In this document: piece by piece, positions 29,873-45,160 of the stretch | Numbering within the stretch: position 1 is the stretch's first letter | How the letters are laid out: each line of letters starts with the position of its first letter | Assembly: GCF_009914755.1 (NCBI RefSeq) | Contig: NC_060938.1 | Strand: one strand, 5' to 3' | DNA length: 64,000 nucleotides | From: the human T2T-CHM13v2.0 reference genome, Homo sapiens | Position numbers and translations under genes: made by a program | Notes under the pieces: generated by a model | What the model was told of the DNA's origin: nothing | Databases searched by the model: none | What the model saw: the letters and a program-made list of their open reading frames with translations, nothing else

Positions 29873-32271
29873 TTTTACTCCATGAAAGGGTTTGGCAGTT
29901 GTTTGGATCTACTGTTTTAATTAAAAGCACTCAGCTTTAGCAATGGGTAAATCCTAAATACAAATCAGAGTATCTCAAAAGGCACCCCTTCATATATTAA
30001 GACATTGGATAACTATTTTGAGAGGCACTGCACACTTTAATTTACCACTCTCAACCTCAAAACACTGAGCAGTAAGAACTCTGATTGGCAGAAGCACTGT
30101 GAAGCTTTATCATAAGTAATGACATGTAAGTCCCAAAACTCAATAATAAAAGCCTGATTATTACCACTTTTGTTCAATTGCTTCCACGTGTGTTATTAAA
30201 TCTGTACCTTTCTTCCAACGCTACAGAACGTTGGTCATTTTCTCAAATGGATAGGGGAAAAAACAAGGTTTGAGATTCTATGATTTCAAAAGACAGATGA
30301 CTAGGAGAAAAATTCTAGCTTGCAGGTGGGACGTACTAAAAGATGATCTGAGCAATGTTTTGAGACAATAATCCTTTCATTAGATGACCCCTGTGGTAGT
30401 GTGGTATGTGGGGTTTGTATTGCTTTTAGTTTTTACAAAGTCAAATCTAAAGCCATATAATGGAAATGCATTCTATTTTAACTGCCAGGTATGGGATGAA
30501 TTAATTTACTTGTTTATTTTTAAATGCGTCTACTGGCCTTTAGAAGCTATTATTTATATAAAGGTACTTCTGAACTTTACAAACAGGTCAGATGCTACCC
30601 ACTATTTAAATATTTACAATAAAGTATTAGAGATGTATAAAGCAACAATCCATATCCAAAACAAGAAAATAAAAGATGAAAATCATCTCCAAATGCCCTT
30701 CTAAATCACATTTAAATCATTTTTATAGATTTGTTTTATCATACTGTATTAAAATATATTTTCTCAAAATATTCAATTATATGAATGTCTAAATATATCT
30801 TCACAGCTTTATATATAAAGAATATGGAGTACATTTTACATAGCAATCAATATCTCTACTTTGAGCAGTTATTTTAATGATTATTATAATTCAGTATCTA
30901 ACTTTTTTAAAAAACTGACCTAAGAGACAATAACAAATGTGGGTCATTTATCTCAAACTTCTTTGAGGTCTAAATTCATTTTCTTTCTTGGCTCTTCTCA
31001 TTTTCATCTTGTATCTGACCACTTTACAAGACACATGTCTCTTCTTTTCCATAGTTCCTTTTTCATTCTTTTTTTTAATTGCTTGTTGCTAAGCAATGTG
31101 CATAACATTAGGCTATACATTTCATTATCTTAAAACAATGTCTACTTGGTATTATTTTCTTCTATTACTTTACCTTGTTTGAATTAACCCAAAATGTACT
31201 TTCTGCCTTGTTTTGACCTTTCTTTTGCCGAGACATGATCCCCCCATCTCCCTGTCCTCTGATCATTACTAAACTGCTATTGTATTCAATATTTAGCCCA
31301 TTTTTTTTTCTGTTCTCCACTGTTTTTGTTAAGCTCTGGTGGACAAACTCTTACATCATATGACTATTTTTCTTTTTAGTGTACTCGATCCTACTTCCTT
31401 CTTTTATATTTAAAGGCATTAGAAAGACACCTTTTATGAAATTCAGTTCATTTCCTATTATTTTCCTTTTATCACTTTTGCTATTCTAGATGTTGGTTCC
31501 TTTCAGCATCATAGCCTGTGTTATTGTTCTTTTCCTGACACTTCTTCTTTATGTTAGTGATATTATTAACTATGCTATAATCCTATAAAACCATATTCCT
31601 TATTCAATTTAAATTTGTTCTATTTTTCAGTGACTTACAATGCATTTAATTTATCTGGCTATGGTAAGCTACACAAAAAAAAACATAAACATGCCACCCC
31701 TCCAAAAAAAAAATCAAGGACCAAACAAACAGAAAAACTCCCAAACACTTCAATTACTTACAAATATATACCATAATTTTCTTTTACATATGTCTGAATA
31801 AGTATTTTTGAAGAAGACTAAGAGCATACTTTACTTTTGCCAAACCAAGTTAATTTGTAGGCTAATTTGCACTGCTGGGCTCATATAGACTCTTGTTCCT
31901 ATTATTATTCATGGAGACAATAATTTTTAAACGAGGGTATGGATGGTTTATGATTCAAGATTACCCAATATTCAGCTTGACCCACTCTGAGTATAACCTT
32001 ATAAGCCTGCATTTTCTAATTATAAAAAGAGAAAAGTGATGCTTCTTCCCCTATTACAACACAGGGATGTTACAGAAAACTTTTAGCAAAATTCATTACG
32101 TATAAACTCTCCAGAACAAACCTGTTCTATCAAAAATGCCAAATATATGTGTGGGTACGCATGTCAGCATTGGTATATCCTCTTTTAAGATTTGGCCTAT
32201 TAATAGTTTTTCAGTTTCCATTTATTCTAAATGTTGTGAGTATACCTTTCTTAGTATTTACTGTATGACTC

Positions 32272-32618
32272 GGCTATGTTCTGAACATTTGTGTCTCCCT
32301 AAAATTCATATGTTGAAACCTAATAACCAATGTGATGGTATTAGAAGGTGGGGCCTTCATAAGAGTAGGTCACAGGGAAGAGCCTTCATGAATGGGATTG
32401 GTGCCCAAGAGGCCCCAGAGCACTCCCTTGTTCCTTTCCACCATGTGACACACCATTCCATGAACCAGGGAACAGGCCCTAACCAGACACTGAATTTGCC
32501 AGTGAGTGCCCTGATCTTGGACTTCCCAGCCTCCAGAAGTGTGAGAAATAAAATTCTTTTGTTTATAAGCTACCCAGTCTATGAAGTTTTGTTATAGCAG
32601 CTCAAAGGGACTAAGACG
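32272..32618 (+). mobile_element. MLT1A-like MaLR solo LTR
   Basis: AAATTCATATGTTGAAACCTAA...GACTAAGAC. Confidence 0.85.
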
Positions 32619-33518
32619 AACTGCATTCTCCTGAATACTGGACTGCATAGGCAGATGAAGGTGCTCAAGTTAACTGATGTCATATTAAAAGAGTCTTAAG
32701 AATATTTCAAATTGATCCTAAACTGAGACTTCACTTCCGTTTTTCTTTTCTTTTGAAGGTGTTTTATAATTAGTTGAAAAATAATGAAATCGAAATAAAA
32801 TAGAAAAAATAAATACTAATTACTTCACAGAAAAAAAATGATAAAAACACACCAGCTGTGTCAGTCTATAAGCTCTACGACCTCTTGAGAGGCAGTTAGT
32901 GTAGCTGTTAAGAGCGGACTTTGGGGTTAGTCTGCTTGGTACTTATCTTGGTTATTTCACTAAAATTAAACTAATATTACTTGTGGGACAGTACAGCACA
33001 GTGGTTAAAAATACTAACTCTGGAGTCATACCACCTGGGTTTGAATTCTCACTTAACCACTTACATAGATGCCTACATGCACATGGAAAGTTACTGTGCT
33101 TCTGCATCTCATCTTCCCCATCTATAAAATGGGGAAAGGATAGAAGTCAGAACCATGGTCCATCAGGTCCACTGATGGGTGGTACCACAGAAATCACAAA
33201 CACACGTCACCCTCTCCTGTGGTCTCTGCAGGCACCCTGAAGTGACTATCCCAATTACTCTGCATTCTTATTACCCTATTTATTTATTTATTTATTTATT
33301 TTGCATTTAGAACAACTGGTGATTATATGGTTGTTATCATTGGTTTAGTTTACTTGATACTGTTTTGCCATTTAATGTTACAGAACAAAATTGTCTACTT
33401 CACACCATATCCCCAACTGCCTAGCTCAATGTAAGCAAGTAACAGTTGCCTCAATAAGTCCTTGTTAAAAGAAGTAAAAGGCTGAATAACTGAGCTCTTC
33501 ATCAACCCCCATATTTAG

Positions 33519-34013
<495 letters not shown>

Positions 34014-34956
34014 TAAAGGTATGAAGTTGACAGTGTGCATGCACTTGAACAAAAATAATTTCAAACCTGGGTCTACAACCAAGATCAGTAGCATTAAACA
34101 TAGGAGCATGTATGCTTAGGGTTACATAAGCAATGTAGTATTACTATAATCAATTAACAGAACTTTGACTTCTATTTATAATCCTTCCAAAAACTGGTTT
34201 GCTCAAGAGCACCTGTGTGGAGCTATACTGGTTTTCTAATCCCACTTCTCCTTTCAAACACCTTTTTTCTACTTTACAAAAGAAAGGCACATTTCTTACC
34301 TAACATGAATCTTACAATCATGCATTGCCTGAGTGTTGAAAAACTTCCTGGGTGCCAGAGGGACGAATAAAATATTGGTATCTGTGAAGACTTTATTCAA
34401 TGCATTATAAACTCTTCATTGAGAGGTTCAAATACTACCTTGTCTTATTATTTGTTTCTGTTAAGGGTGAAGCACAATGGGAAATGTATGTGCGGCATAT
34501 GTTGAGATGGTCTAAATTCAAATATGTTATAGAATACTGATCATTTTGATATAGTGACTTTGACTCTTTCCCCACCATGGACAAAGAATGCACTGCCCTG
34601 GGAGAAACTCCTACAAAAGGAAGCCAAGAGATCATCTGTGAGAAACCATCTGTGATGTTTCATTTCATCCAGGTGAAAAACCTACAGCAAGTTTCTATGA
34701 CTTCTCTCACTCTCTCTCTTTTTTTTCTCTCTCTATCCATTCACTCATCTACTCACCTTAAAATAAGGTTGCTTAAGATTTATATAAGCAATGATGGGAA
34801 ATACCGATTTCCTACAGAGTGTACCTTCTTTGAATTTTCACTGTTCTTAGGAACAAGAAAAGGCCTGGTGAATGTTCTACCCACCTCTCAGTCTGTGGCT
34901 CAGTTACATATAATATACAATTTAAAGAAGGCAGAGCTAAAAAGTCCTACAGCTAC

Positions 34957-35390
34957 CGCTATGGTTTGGATGTTTGTCCCCTCAGACCTCCAGCTGAAAT
35001 TTGATTCCCAGTGTTAAAAGTGGGGCCCAATGGGAGGTGTTTGGGTCCTGGGGGTGGAAAAGTGGGTCCTCATGAACAGATGAATGTGCTCTCTTGGGGT
35101 TGAGGGTGAGTGAGTTCTTACTCTATTAGTTCCCACCAGAGCTGGTTGTTAAGAAGAGCCGGGCGCCTCCCCACTCTTTCTTTTGCTTCCTCTCTTGCCG
35201 TGTGATCTCTGCACATGCCAGCTCCCCTTTGCCTTCCACCAAGAGTGGAAGAAATCTGAGGCCTCACCAGATGCAAAACGCCCAATCTTGAACTCTCCAG
35301 CCATCAGAATTTTTAGCCAAATAACCCTTTTACATTATAAATTATCCAGCTTCAGGTATTCCTTTAAAGCAACACAAATGGACTAAGATA
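34957..35390 (+). mobile_element. MSTB-like MaLR solo LTR
   Basis: GCTATGGTTTGGATGTTTGTCCCC start; GCAACACAAATGGACTAAGA end. Confidence 0.85.
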
Positions 35391-35540
35391 GTTATCTTAA
35401 CATAATAATATTCTAGTACATCTTTGAATAAAAGAAATTGATATTAGAGGAATGTTTTGTAGTTTCTTGAAAATTTGTTCAGACTCACAAAAGAAATACT
35501 GCCATTAAGCTTTGTCAAAAGGTGACTGAATATATAAATA

Positions 35541-35876
35541 TAGTCATCGCTTGGTATCCATGAAGGACTGGTTCCAGGACCTCCCATGAACACTAAAATT
35601 CATAGATGCTTAAGTCTTTACTATAAAATATTGTAGTATTTGCATATAACCTAAGCACATCCTCTTGTATACTTTAAATCATCTCCAGATTATTCATAAT
35701 GCCTAATACATTGTAAATGGCATGTAAACAGTTGTTATACAATATTGTTTAGGAAATAATGACAAAGAAAAAAGTCTGTATATGTTCAGCGTAGATGTAA
35801 CTTAAAAAAAATATTTTCTGTCCTCAGTTGGTTGAATCCACAGACATGGAACTTGCTGATATAGAGGGCCAAATGT
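35541..35876. mobile_element. MER2 (TcMar-Tigger) element
   Basis: GGTTCCAGGACCTCCC...GTAGTATTTGCATATAACCTA...GGTTGAATCCACAGA. Confidence 0.8.
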
Positions 35877-36024
35877 ACATTTACTTTTTATTTGGACACA
35901 AATGCCAAGTCACCTGTCACTTCTAAACCACTTCTCTGTTCATTTAATTATTCTTCCCAAGTACCTGTTAGATATAGACAAATTTAACAGCATTGTGGAA
36001 TCTACTACAAATAATGTCCATATA

Positions 36025-36316
36025 GTCAGGTACAGTGGCTTACATCTGTAATCCAGCTACTCAAGAGATGGAGGTGGGAGACTGCTTGAGGCCAGGAGTT
36101 CAAGACTAGCCTGGGCAACAGAGTGAGACCTCATCTCCAAAAAAGTTTTAAAAAACTAGCTGGGCATAGTAGCACATGCCCATAGTCCCAGCTACTCCAG
36201 AGGCGGAGGTGGGAAGATTGCTTGAGCCCAGGAGTTTGAGGCTATAGTGAGCCATGCTCTCACCACTGCACTCCAACCTGGGCAACACAGGGAGACTCTG
36301 TCTCTAAAAAATAATA
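36025..36316 (+). mobile_element. AluJ
   Basis: Diverged dimeric Alu. Confidence 0.9.
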
Positions 36317-36887
36317 AGAAAACAGTAATTTTTAAATGCCCTTAACAAAAAAAAATTATACAATTGTATATCCTCTAAGCCTCACATTTACTAATGGTAC
36401 AATAGTTCTATTTTTACTATTGGTCTACTGCATATCATCATCACATTAACAGGGTAAAGGAGAAAAATATGATTATGGCAACATGAGCAGAAAAAGCATT
36501 TAATAAAAGTCAGTATTTATTCATGATAAAATTTCTTAGCAAAGCAGGAGCTCCCTTAATCTAATAAAGGTTATTTATCCCCTAAAAACATAACAAAACC
36601 CAAAAACCTATTGCATATTCCATAGTTAATGTGAAATACTAAAGTTTTCCCCTCCCCCCACCAAGATGGGGAAGAAACAGGATACCTGCTCACATAACTT
36701 TTATTTATCACTATGTGGGAGACCCTAGCTGATATAGTAAGAAAAGAAAAAGAAATCAATGACATAAGAATTGGAAAAGAAGAAATAAAACTACTATTGT
36801 TTGAAGATGACTTGATTGCATGCCTAGAAAACATAAAATATATACTATTACAATTACTAAGACGAAGTACTAGAATAAGTTAACTTT

Positions 36888-37268
36888 GTATTATGTACTG
36901 AATGTGTGTGCCCACTCCTGCTCTAAATTCTGTGTCGAATCCCTCACCCACAATGTGACAGTATTTGGAGGTGGTGTCTTTGGGAAGTAATTAGGTCATG
37001 AGAGTGGGACCATCATAAGGGATTAGTGCTCTTATAAGAAGAGCAAGAGATCCCCCACTCTGTGCACATGTCCAGGAAAGGACCCAGAAGCACACAGCCA
37101 GGCAGGCAGCCATCTGCAAGCCAGGAAGAGCCTCCTCACCAGAACCAGACCATGCTGGCATCTGATTGCAGACTTCGCAGTCTTAAGAACTGTGAGAAAA
37201 TAAATTTCTGTTGTTTAAGCCACCCAGTCTATGGTATTCTGTTACAACAGACGGACTAGACTAAGACA
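36888..37268 (+). mobile_element. MLT1A-like MaLR solo LTR
   Basis: AATGTGACAGTATTTGGAGGTGG...TTGTTTAAGCCACCCAGTCTATGGTATT...CTAAGACA. Confidence 0.8.
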
Positions 37269-37574
37269 TTCAGTCATGCTGCTGGTGTAAGACCAGCATA
37301 TAAAAAACAATTGTATATCTAAATAAGTAGAAAATAAAATTTAAAAATCTATATAACTACATAAAAACCAAATATTTCAGAATTATCTGATAAAATATGT
37401 GTAAAACTTTTACATTAAAACTACAAAACAGCAAGGAAAGTTAAATAAGACCTTTAAAAACAAAAGGATATACTTTATTCATGCACTGGAAGACTTAAAA
37501 CATTTTGGCATTGTCAGTTCTCCCAAAATTGATCTAGTCTAAAGATTCAATATAAATTCAATTAAAAACCCAGC

Positions 37575-38102
<528 letters not shown>

Positions 38103-38271
38103 TTATTTTAAAACACAATGGGCTAAAAATAGCCAAGATAATTCTGAAGAAAACACAAAGCTCTAGGACTTACACTGCCAGACATCAAGATTACAAAGTT
38201 ATATAATAAAGAGAGTGTGATACTGGCACAAAGATAGACAAACAGACCAATGCAACATAACAGAGAGTCAA

Positions 38272-38800
<529 letters not shown>

Positions 38801-40291
38801 CTGAGGCAAATATGACAAATATTAAGACAAGATAAAGGGAAGTGGCTGAAATGCAAGTGTTACACCATATTATTCTCCATACTTTTCTATGTTTAAAATA
38901 TTTCTAATGGACACAAAGAGATCAAAGTATGTATTTAGTATCTCGATATTTGGAAAGACTCCTGATTTATTGCAGTTTTGGTAATTTACAGCAGATACAC
39001 AATTCTCAGAGACAGCCCAAAGAGTCAGAAAATTTAATCAGGCTTAGAGATTAAATATATCCATTGTTAACTTTTTAGTTAGCTAATTATTATAACCTAA
39101 ACCTAAGGTCAGTCTGGATACCTTCTTCACATCCTAAATAATCCACAGAAAATCTTATAGATTTGAATTAACAAAGATCAAATACCATACTAATATAAAC
39201 AGATTGTTTTTATAGTCTTTAATAAATTCATTAATTTATTCAACATGTGCTCTGAACTAACCTGAACATCCAGAGGTATTCAAGAACAGACAACATCACT
39301 GCTCTCATGAAGCTTTATAGTCAAGCCTGACAGATAGACAATAAGGAAACAAAAACAAAAATCTTCCCTGAGATTTGCTAACTGCTATGAATGACATAAA
39401 ACCAGGCAGCAGAGATTTACTGGGGATGGGAGATGGAGTGAAGTCACTTTGGATAGGAAAGGCCTCTCTGATGATGTGATATTTAAACAGGGAACTACAA
39501 ATGCAAAGATCTGAAATAGAAGGTAGCAAACAACTAGATACACATGATCACATAGGAGTAATAAATTAGACATAAGCTTTCTAAGCCTATGGAAACACAG
39601 GGCCATTTATCATGTGTAGTTTGAAGTTTTGGAATTCTTTTTAAAAAGTAAAACTAGAAATAATTTGTTTTCTATCCATAAACATTTAAGTAAGTGTCAT
39701 GCCTAGGTCATATAGCATGACTCCTTATGTGGTATTTAAGTAAAAACAGTACTAAGGTATTAAATTGAAATAAAGTAACACTGAAAATAAATAACAAGGA
39801 ATCCTTAAGGTATTTACTGAAAGAAACCAGTAAAAGTCAACCTTTTTCTTACATATGTACCAACCATTTAGAAAAGACAACAGACTGTAAATATATTCCT
39901 GGGAACAGGTGTTATGGAATAAAGAAAGCAAACTTAGGCAGGGATCAAAAAAGCAGGTGACTATGAACAGTAAAATAATATTACAGTAAGACATTAAACA
40001 TCTGTATCATATTTCAGCACGTGTTAACACTCGCATTTTTCTTGAAGCTATAATATATTTTCTTGGAAATGGATATAGCAAATAGTGAATCTTCTCATTT
40101 CAATTCTAAAAAAATAATCTAAAGTATACTTGTAGAGAGGCAAGCTCTTAGTTATCAGCTATATCCCAGATGGCCCTCTAGCAGCATTTAAAGGCCATGC
40201 CCTTAAGTCACTGTTCAACATACTGAGGTAGATAATACGGCCAATACAATGATGAGAATTACAAAGAAGGAAATAAAACAGAAAATGCTGT

Positions 40292-41051
40292 TGCTATGGT
40301 CTGAATATTTGTGCCTGCCCCAAATGCATATGTTAAAACCTAATCACCAATGTGATGGCTGGAGGTGGGGCCTTTGGAAGGTAATTAGGTCATAAAGGCT
40401 GAACCCCCATGAATGGGATTGGTGCCCTTATAAGGGGCTGAAGAGACTAGAGTTCTCTCCTTTCACCATATGAAGACTGTAGTAGGCTGTTCTTGCATTG
40501 CTATAAAGAAATATCTGAGCTTAGATAATTTATAAAGACAAGGTTTAGATGGCTTATGGTTCTGCAGGCTTTACAGGAAGCATGGCGTTGGCATCTGCTT
40601 GGCTTCTGGGGAAGCCTACAATCATGGCAGAAGGTAAAGCAGGAGCAGGCATGTCACATGGCCAGAGCAGGAACAAGAGTTGGAGCAGGGGAAGTGCTAC
40701 ACACTTTTAAATGGCCAAATCTCACAAGAACTCACTAACATGAAGACAGCACCAAGCCTTGAGGGATCTGTCCCCATGATCCAGACACCTCCCACCAGGC
40801 CCCACCTCCAGCATTGGGGATTACAGTTCAACATGAGATTTGGGTGGGAACAAATGTCCAAACTATATCAAGGACACATTTAGAAGGTACCATCTGTGAA
40901 CCAGAAAGTGGGCCCTCCCCAGACTCCAGATTTGCCAGCTCCTTGCTCTTGGACTTCCCGGCCTACAGAAGTGTCAGAAAAAAATTTCTGTTGTTTATAA
41001 GCCACCCAGTTTATGGTATTTTTATTATAGCAGCCCAAATGGACTAAGACA
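40292..41051 (+). mobile_element. MLT1A-like LTR split by an MST LTR
   Basis: TGCTATGGTCTGAATATTTGTG start; resumes after 40870 and ends GGACTAAGACA. Confidence 0.8.
40478..40870 (-). mobile_element. MSTA/B MaLR solo LTR
   Basis: TGTAGTAGGCTGTTCTTGCATTGCTATAAAGAAATA...CCAAACTATATCA; TSD AAGAC / AGGAC. Confidence 0.88.
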
Positions 41052-41674
41052 GCTGTCCTGTCTTTGTTTATAAAACCATGGCGCTGTGATACTGTCTCTG
41101 TTTGCAGTTCTAATTGCTAAATTTCAGAAAATACCAAAAGGGAAATACAGAAAGAACCATGGCAGTAAATTAGTGGTCAAGGACCAGACAAATGGAAAAA
41201 ACAATTCAAATTCTCCAACCCAGAAGAAACACAGAGGCAGAGAAAAGCCTATGAGATCAGGAAGGGTTTGCATGATAATTAGAATGATTTTTCAAATCTG
41301 AAAATTAAGAGCCATGAAACAACACTGAAGATTAAAAGGGGCTGTATGAAGACAATTTCTTCCTTTTTTTGACAATTTATTTTAATCACCATTTTAAGGA
41401 AATGTATGGAACATCTTATTCATGAGGTGAGACAAAATGAAAGTAATTTTCAAAAAAACCCAAATAAAGTATTGGATAAAATCATGGATTCGAAGCCTTA
41501 CTATGAATCCTGTTTTACTACTTATTAGCTGTGAAATATGAGACAAATTTTTTAACTTCTCTATCCCTCAGTTCCCCATCTATGAAATGGTGATTGTGAG
41601 GATGAAACGAGTAAAGGGCTTAGAACAGTGCTTGCCAAATGGTAAGTGCTTAAAAAACTTCAGCCACACCTCCA

Positions 41675-42218
41675 CATGTAGAAAAAAGTTAAGACAGCAG
41701 ACCTGACTGCAATTCTGCTTACAAGCCTGGCCCTTGACTGGCATCTGGGAACTTGGATTTCAGGAAGGTTCCTACCACCATTAACTGGTAAGAGTTGATC
41801 ACTGTGCTTAAAACTGTTTGTGCAAACAACATGGCTCCCACTGAATACTTGCTTTCCTTCTGCGAGTCTGAAATTTTGGCACATGCCAGACAGAGAATGC
41901 CAGTGTGATCAGCCCACAATTAAACCCTGGGCACTGAGTCTCTACTGAGCTTCCCTGGTTGGCACATTTCACATGTTTGGTCACAGCTTACTATTGGGGA
42001 ATTGTGTTCTCTGTGACTCCACTGGAGGGGAACAATGGGAAACTGGCATCTGGTTTCCCCTGGACTTCACCCCATGTACCCTTCCCGTGTGCTGGTTTTG
42101 CATTGAATCCTTTCACTGTAATAAATCATAGCCATGAATACGACTGTAGGCTGAGTCTTGGAAGTCCTTCTAGTGAATCATCAAATCTAGCGTTGGCCCT
42201 TGGGGACCCATCAACACA
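41675..42218 (+). mobile_element. MER68-like ERVL solo LTR
   Basis: GGCATCTGGGAACTTGGATTTC, AACTGTTTGTGCAAACAA, GGGCACTGAGTCTCTA, TGTAATAAATCATAGCCATGA. Confidence 0.8.
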
Positions 42219-43971
42219 CTTGGACACAGTTAATCAATTATTTTGTCGTAGGTATAAGTACTATAAAATGCACTTTTATAAATATTGAGTTCAAGTTCAA
42301 GAAAAGTGATTTTTAGATATAATACCTTGATAAAAACAGAAACACTGCATGATTTCTTCTCATAAATAATGAATGCAATAAAAATGTTAAGCTTCAATGA
42401 CATGATCACTAAATTACATCAGTATTTCCTAATACTATGGTTTTAGGTTATATGAAAATAAATATTTAGCTTACAACTTCTAAATGATATTCAATATAAG
42501 AGCAATAAAAGGTCAGAAATACTTGGTCATATTCTTTAAACAGCAATAGAAGATAAAGTAAAGCTAAAATGCCAGAATTACTAAGCTTTAGAAATGCATT
42601 ACTAATTTTATATATTTTCTATATCTCTTACAAATAAGTGATACTCTTTTCTAACACTTAATAATTCTTATTGTCTACCTAATAAATCAATATTTGGAAA
42701 GCAGAATTTAGAAGGAAAAGTTTGGGAGACAAAGTATTTAAGAATTCACATGAGTTTCTGTTTTTGGATACTCAGATCAACTCCCCACTGCAAAAAACTA
42801 AAGATGCTGGATAAGACACTAAAACAAAACCACCTTAAAAGGACTGAAAAATTAAAAAGAGCTGCCAGGCCAAATTCTTGAGGCTAGCTTGAACCCAAAG
42901 AGGTTAGTGGAAAGAAAGTTGGCATCCCAAAGCCACCTTTGCCCTGAAGGCATTCACTCACATCGTGCACTGGGGCTGCGGTCTGGTAGCCTCATGGGGA
43001 GACGAGGCCAGAAGTGAAGATCCAGGACTTTGCCAATTTGGATCATCTCACAGGATAACTTTCCCACATTAAGCTGAAATCCAAAGGACTACATGAAAGT
43101 TTCCCTGGTGCTGAGCAAAGGAGTAAGAGAAAAATGAAATAAAAAACGATCATTCACCCCTGAGAAGTTATGAGTGTTGACTGACCCTCACTGGGAGAGT
43201 CCCTGGGATCCTAGGTCTAAACATACCTTGAGTGAATACAGAAACTTCCATCTGTGGATTTGTTTTAATATAGTCCTGTACTGACTGTGCTACAAGGAGC
43301 CTGGCAAAAACACATAAACCACTCTGATTTCATCCTGGACTTGTGGAATTCCTCATAAATTATTTTTCAAGGTCGGTGAGCTCCAGAAAGTTGAATACAA
43401 ACAAGTTTACAGGGAAACTAGTCACCATGAGCAAGAACCAGCAGAAGCAGACATAAATAGACTTCAACTAGAGGTTCTATGTTTAAAAATAAATAACTTG
43501 AAGTGACTTCAGGGAATAGAAAACTATAAGATGTAACAGAGGATTTTAATAAATGTTTATAACCTTTTAATACCTTTGTACTTTTAATTCATTAAAATTA
43601 CTTAAGAGTTTGAGATATTATGGTAGAAATCAGAGTTTTTCAAAGTAGCAGAAAACAATGTATTGTCAGAAGCAAGAGGTTTCTGATTATGTTTATAATT
43701 AAAGTTATAAAATTTCCAAGGCAATATTTTATTTATATTAAAATAGCAAAATCTGTACCAAATATAAAAAGAGGGAATTCTCCCTAATTCACTGTATGAG
43801 GCCAGTATAAGCTTGAAATGAAACAAAACAAGAAAGGAAAATTACAGCTCCATTTTAGACACAAACACACACACACACACGCACGCGCACACGCACACAC
43901 CACCCTAAGTAAAATATTAGCAAACTGAATCCTACTGTGCATTAAAAAGATAATAGGATAGGGACGCGGCC

Positions 43972-44622
43972 ATGGAGGCCGAGGGCTGCCGCTACCAATT
44001 TCGGGTCGCGCTGCTGGGGGACGCGGCGGTGGGCAAGACGTCGCTGCTGCGGAGCTACGTGGCGGGCGCGCCTGGCGCCCCACAGCCCAAGCCCGAGCCC
44101 ACGGTGGGCGCCGAGTGCTACCGCCGCGCGCTGCAGCTGCGGGCTGGGCCGCGGGTCAAGCTGCAGCTCTGGGACACCGCGGGCCACGAGCGCTTCAGCT
44201 GCATCACCGGGTCCTTTTACCGGAATGTGGTGGGTGTCCTGCTGGTCTTTGATGTGACAAACAGGAAGTCCTTTGAACACATCCAAGACTGGCACCAGGA
44301 GGTCATGGCCACTCAGGGCCCGGACAAGGTCATCTTCCTGCTGGTTGGCCACAAGAGTGACCTGCAGAGCACCCGCTGTGTCTCAGCCCAGGAGGCCGAG
44401 GAGCTAGCTGCCTCCCTGGGCATGGCCTTCGTGGAGACCTCTGTTAAAAACAACTGCAATGTGGACCTGGCCTTTGACGCCCTCACTGATGCTATCCAGC
44501 AGGCCCTGCAGCAGGGGGACATCAAGCTAGAAGAGGGCTTGGGGGGTGTCCGGCTCATCCACAAGACCCAAATCCCCAGGTCCCCCAGCAGGAAGCAGCA
44601 CCCAGGCCCATGCCAGTGTTGA
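43972..44622 (+). CDS. RAB42P1: Intact 216-aa RAB42-like Rab GTPase ORF in the retrocopy (translation unproven)
   Basis: Kozak GCGGCCATGG; G1 [10 protein letters not shown]3 WDTAGH, G4 GHKSD, G5 ETSVK; C-terminal CQC prenylation motif; no stops or frameshifts. Confidence 0.6.
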   Translation: MEAEGCRYQFRVALLGDAAVGKTSLLRSYVAGAPGAPQPKPEPTVGAECYRRALQLRAGPRVKLQLWDTAGHERFSCITGSFYRNVVGVLLVFDVTNRKSFEHIQDWHQEVMATQGPDKVIFLLVGHKSDLQSTRCVSAQEAEELAASLGMAFVETSVKNNCNVDLAFDALTDAIQQALQQGDIKLEEGLGGVRLIHKTQIPRSPSRKQHPGPCQC

Positions 44623-44778
44623 CTCTAGGAGAGAAAGGGTTAAAGCAGTCCCAGCCTTAGCCCACCTGGTGGGATGGGGAATGTTAGTATCTCTCTGGAG
44701 GACAAATGACAGAAGGGTTCATATAAACAGTATCCTGACACAGTCATGCTTCCTGGATTTTAGAGTCAAGGGTTTCTA

Positions 44779-45160
<382 letters not shown>

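Noticed and set aside
32136-32597. 153-aa ORF
   Set aside because: Mostly reads through an MLT1 LTR; no recognisable domain
34577-35017. 146-aa ORF
   Set aside because: No recognisable homology; crosses low-complexity sequence and ends in an MST LTR
43784-44564. Antisense ORFs overlapping the RAB42 copy
   Set aside because: Expected shadows of a GC-rich coding sequence; no independent support
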